Source: Cyanobacteria bacterium P01_D01_bin.156 (lineage in GTDB: Bacteria > Cyanobacteriota > Cyanobacteriia > Phormidesmidales > Phormidesmidaceae). From it: 28,787 nucleotides of DNA. Location of the stretch: NCBI GenBank assembly GCA_039024555.1, contig JBCCQQ010000072.1, positions 1 through 28,787 of the forward strand, given 5' to 3'. The position numbers and the translations under genes are program-made. Shown here piece after piece: positions 28,174-28,787 of this stretch. Numbering within the stretch: the first letter of the stretch is position 1; every line of letters starts with the position of its first letter. The notes under the pieces were generated by a model that was not told the DNA's origin, did not search any database, and was given only the letters and a program-made list of their open reading frames with translations.

Positions 28174-28632
28174 ATGGCCTTATCAGCTGGTAGTGATGAT
28201 TCTGGTAGTGCTGACCCAAAGGGACGCAGCGGCTTGGAACCAGAGCTCGGCGGGTTGCTGAGGGATGCTGTTGAACGCAGTGGCTTGGAACCGGAACTTG
28301 GTGGAGATTTTCGTCAGCGCGGTGTTTATGTGGATGAAATCACCTGCATCGGCTGTAAGAACTGTGTCCATGTGGCTCACAATACCTTTTATGTGGAACC
28401 TCTCCATGGTCGAGCTCGGGTGGTTCGTCAGGATGGAGATTCCGAAGAGCTGATTCAGGAAGCGATTGATACCTGTCCGGTGGATTGCATTAGCTGGATC
28501 GATTACACCGAGCTCAAGCAGAAAGAAGAAGAGCGCCGTCACCAGGTAATTCCTGTTGCTGGCTTTCCGGTTAGTCAAGCTATGGCCCGTCGTAAGAGCC
28601 GCGAAAACAGAAAGAAGAAAAAGAAATCCTAA
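28174..28632 (+). CDS. Single-cluster bacterial-type ferredoxin (Fed7-like)
   Basis: VYVDEITCIGCKNC...AIDTCPVDCISW; two N-terminal RSGLEPELGG repeats; GGAG RBS before ATG 28174. Confidence 0.9.
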   Translation: MALSAGSDDSGSADPKGRSGLEPELGGLLRDAVERSGLEPELGGDFRQRGVYVDEITCIGCKNCVHVAHNTFYVEPLHGRARVVRQDGDSEELIQEAIDTCPVDCISWIDYTELKQKEEERRHQVIPVAGFPVSQAMARRKSRENRKKKKKS

Positions 28633-28647
28633 GGTTGTACCGATCTC

Positions 28648-28787
28648 GGGACTGTACAGAATTTTGTGTAAGCGATCTATCATCCATGTACATCAGGAGA
28701 TCGCCCCATGGCCCGCAAGAAAAAAGAACCGAACCGCGTTGATGACTTACTAGACGAACTGCTGGAAGACTGCGCTACCCCGGAGGA
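28648..28787 (+). mobile_element. IS256-family insertion sequence, left end (partial)
   Basis: GGGACTGTACAGAATTTTGTGT is an IS256-like terminal repeat, followed by an RBS and a transposase start. Confidence 0.85.
28708..28787 (+). CDS. IS256-family transposase, N-terminus (truncated by window)
   Basis: AGGAGA RBS (28695-28700), then MARKKKEPNRVDDLLDELLEDCATPE, resembling the LLDELL...TPE(D/E) start of IS256 transposases. Confidence 0.85.
   Translation, partial: MARKKKEPNRVDDLLDELLEDCATPE

Noticed and set aside
28183..28683. 166-aa antisense ORF over the ferredoxin
   Set aside because: Shadow ORF that begins inside the IS256 end; the plus-strand ferredoxin has clear Fe-S motifs.
1..28787. 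Whole window as a composite transposon bounded by two IS elements
   Set aside because: The two elements are from different families (IS5 and IS256) and the cargo is mostly housekeeping genes. Independent insertions at contig breaks explain it more simply.

Overview
Cyanobacterial chromosomal segment, probably from a filamentous Leptolyngbya-like organism (at least 11 HIP1 GCGATCGC sites; narM, the ycf35 cluster and PEP-CTERM genes). About 140 bp of an IS lies at each end: an IS5-family left end at 1-138 and an IS256-family left end at 28648-28787. The window is therefore probably a whole contig broken at IS copies. The left ~5.4 kb looks accessory. It holds two tandem PEP-CTERM surface zinc metalloprotease paralogs, the first interrupted by the IS5 element, converging on a Tat-lipoprotein PhnD-like binding protein and a HAMP histidine kinase with no transporter or response regulator in the window. 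The rest is mostly core: moaA, guaA, PIN/TRAM, hemW, serA, prmA, an unlisted 57-aa membrane protein, a DUF39 homocysteine-biosynthesis protein, TPR, RluE-like, Zn-ribbon PP2C, speA, Hsp70-like, narM and DUF2997-ycf35-ferredoxin. I found no CRISPR, tRNA or rRNA, and no clearly new system is proven. The best leads are the binding protein/kinase pair, the conserved GWWQ tail of the proteases and a switch-like structured leader of moaA.
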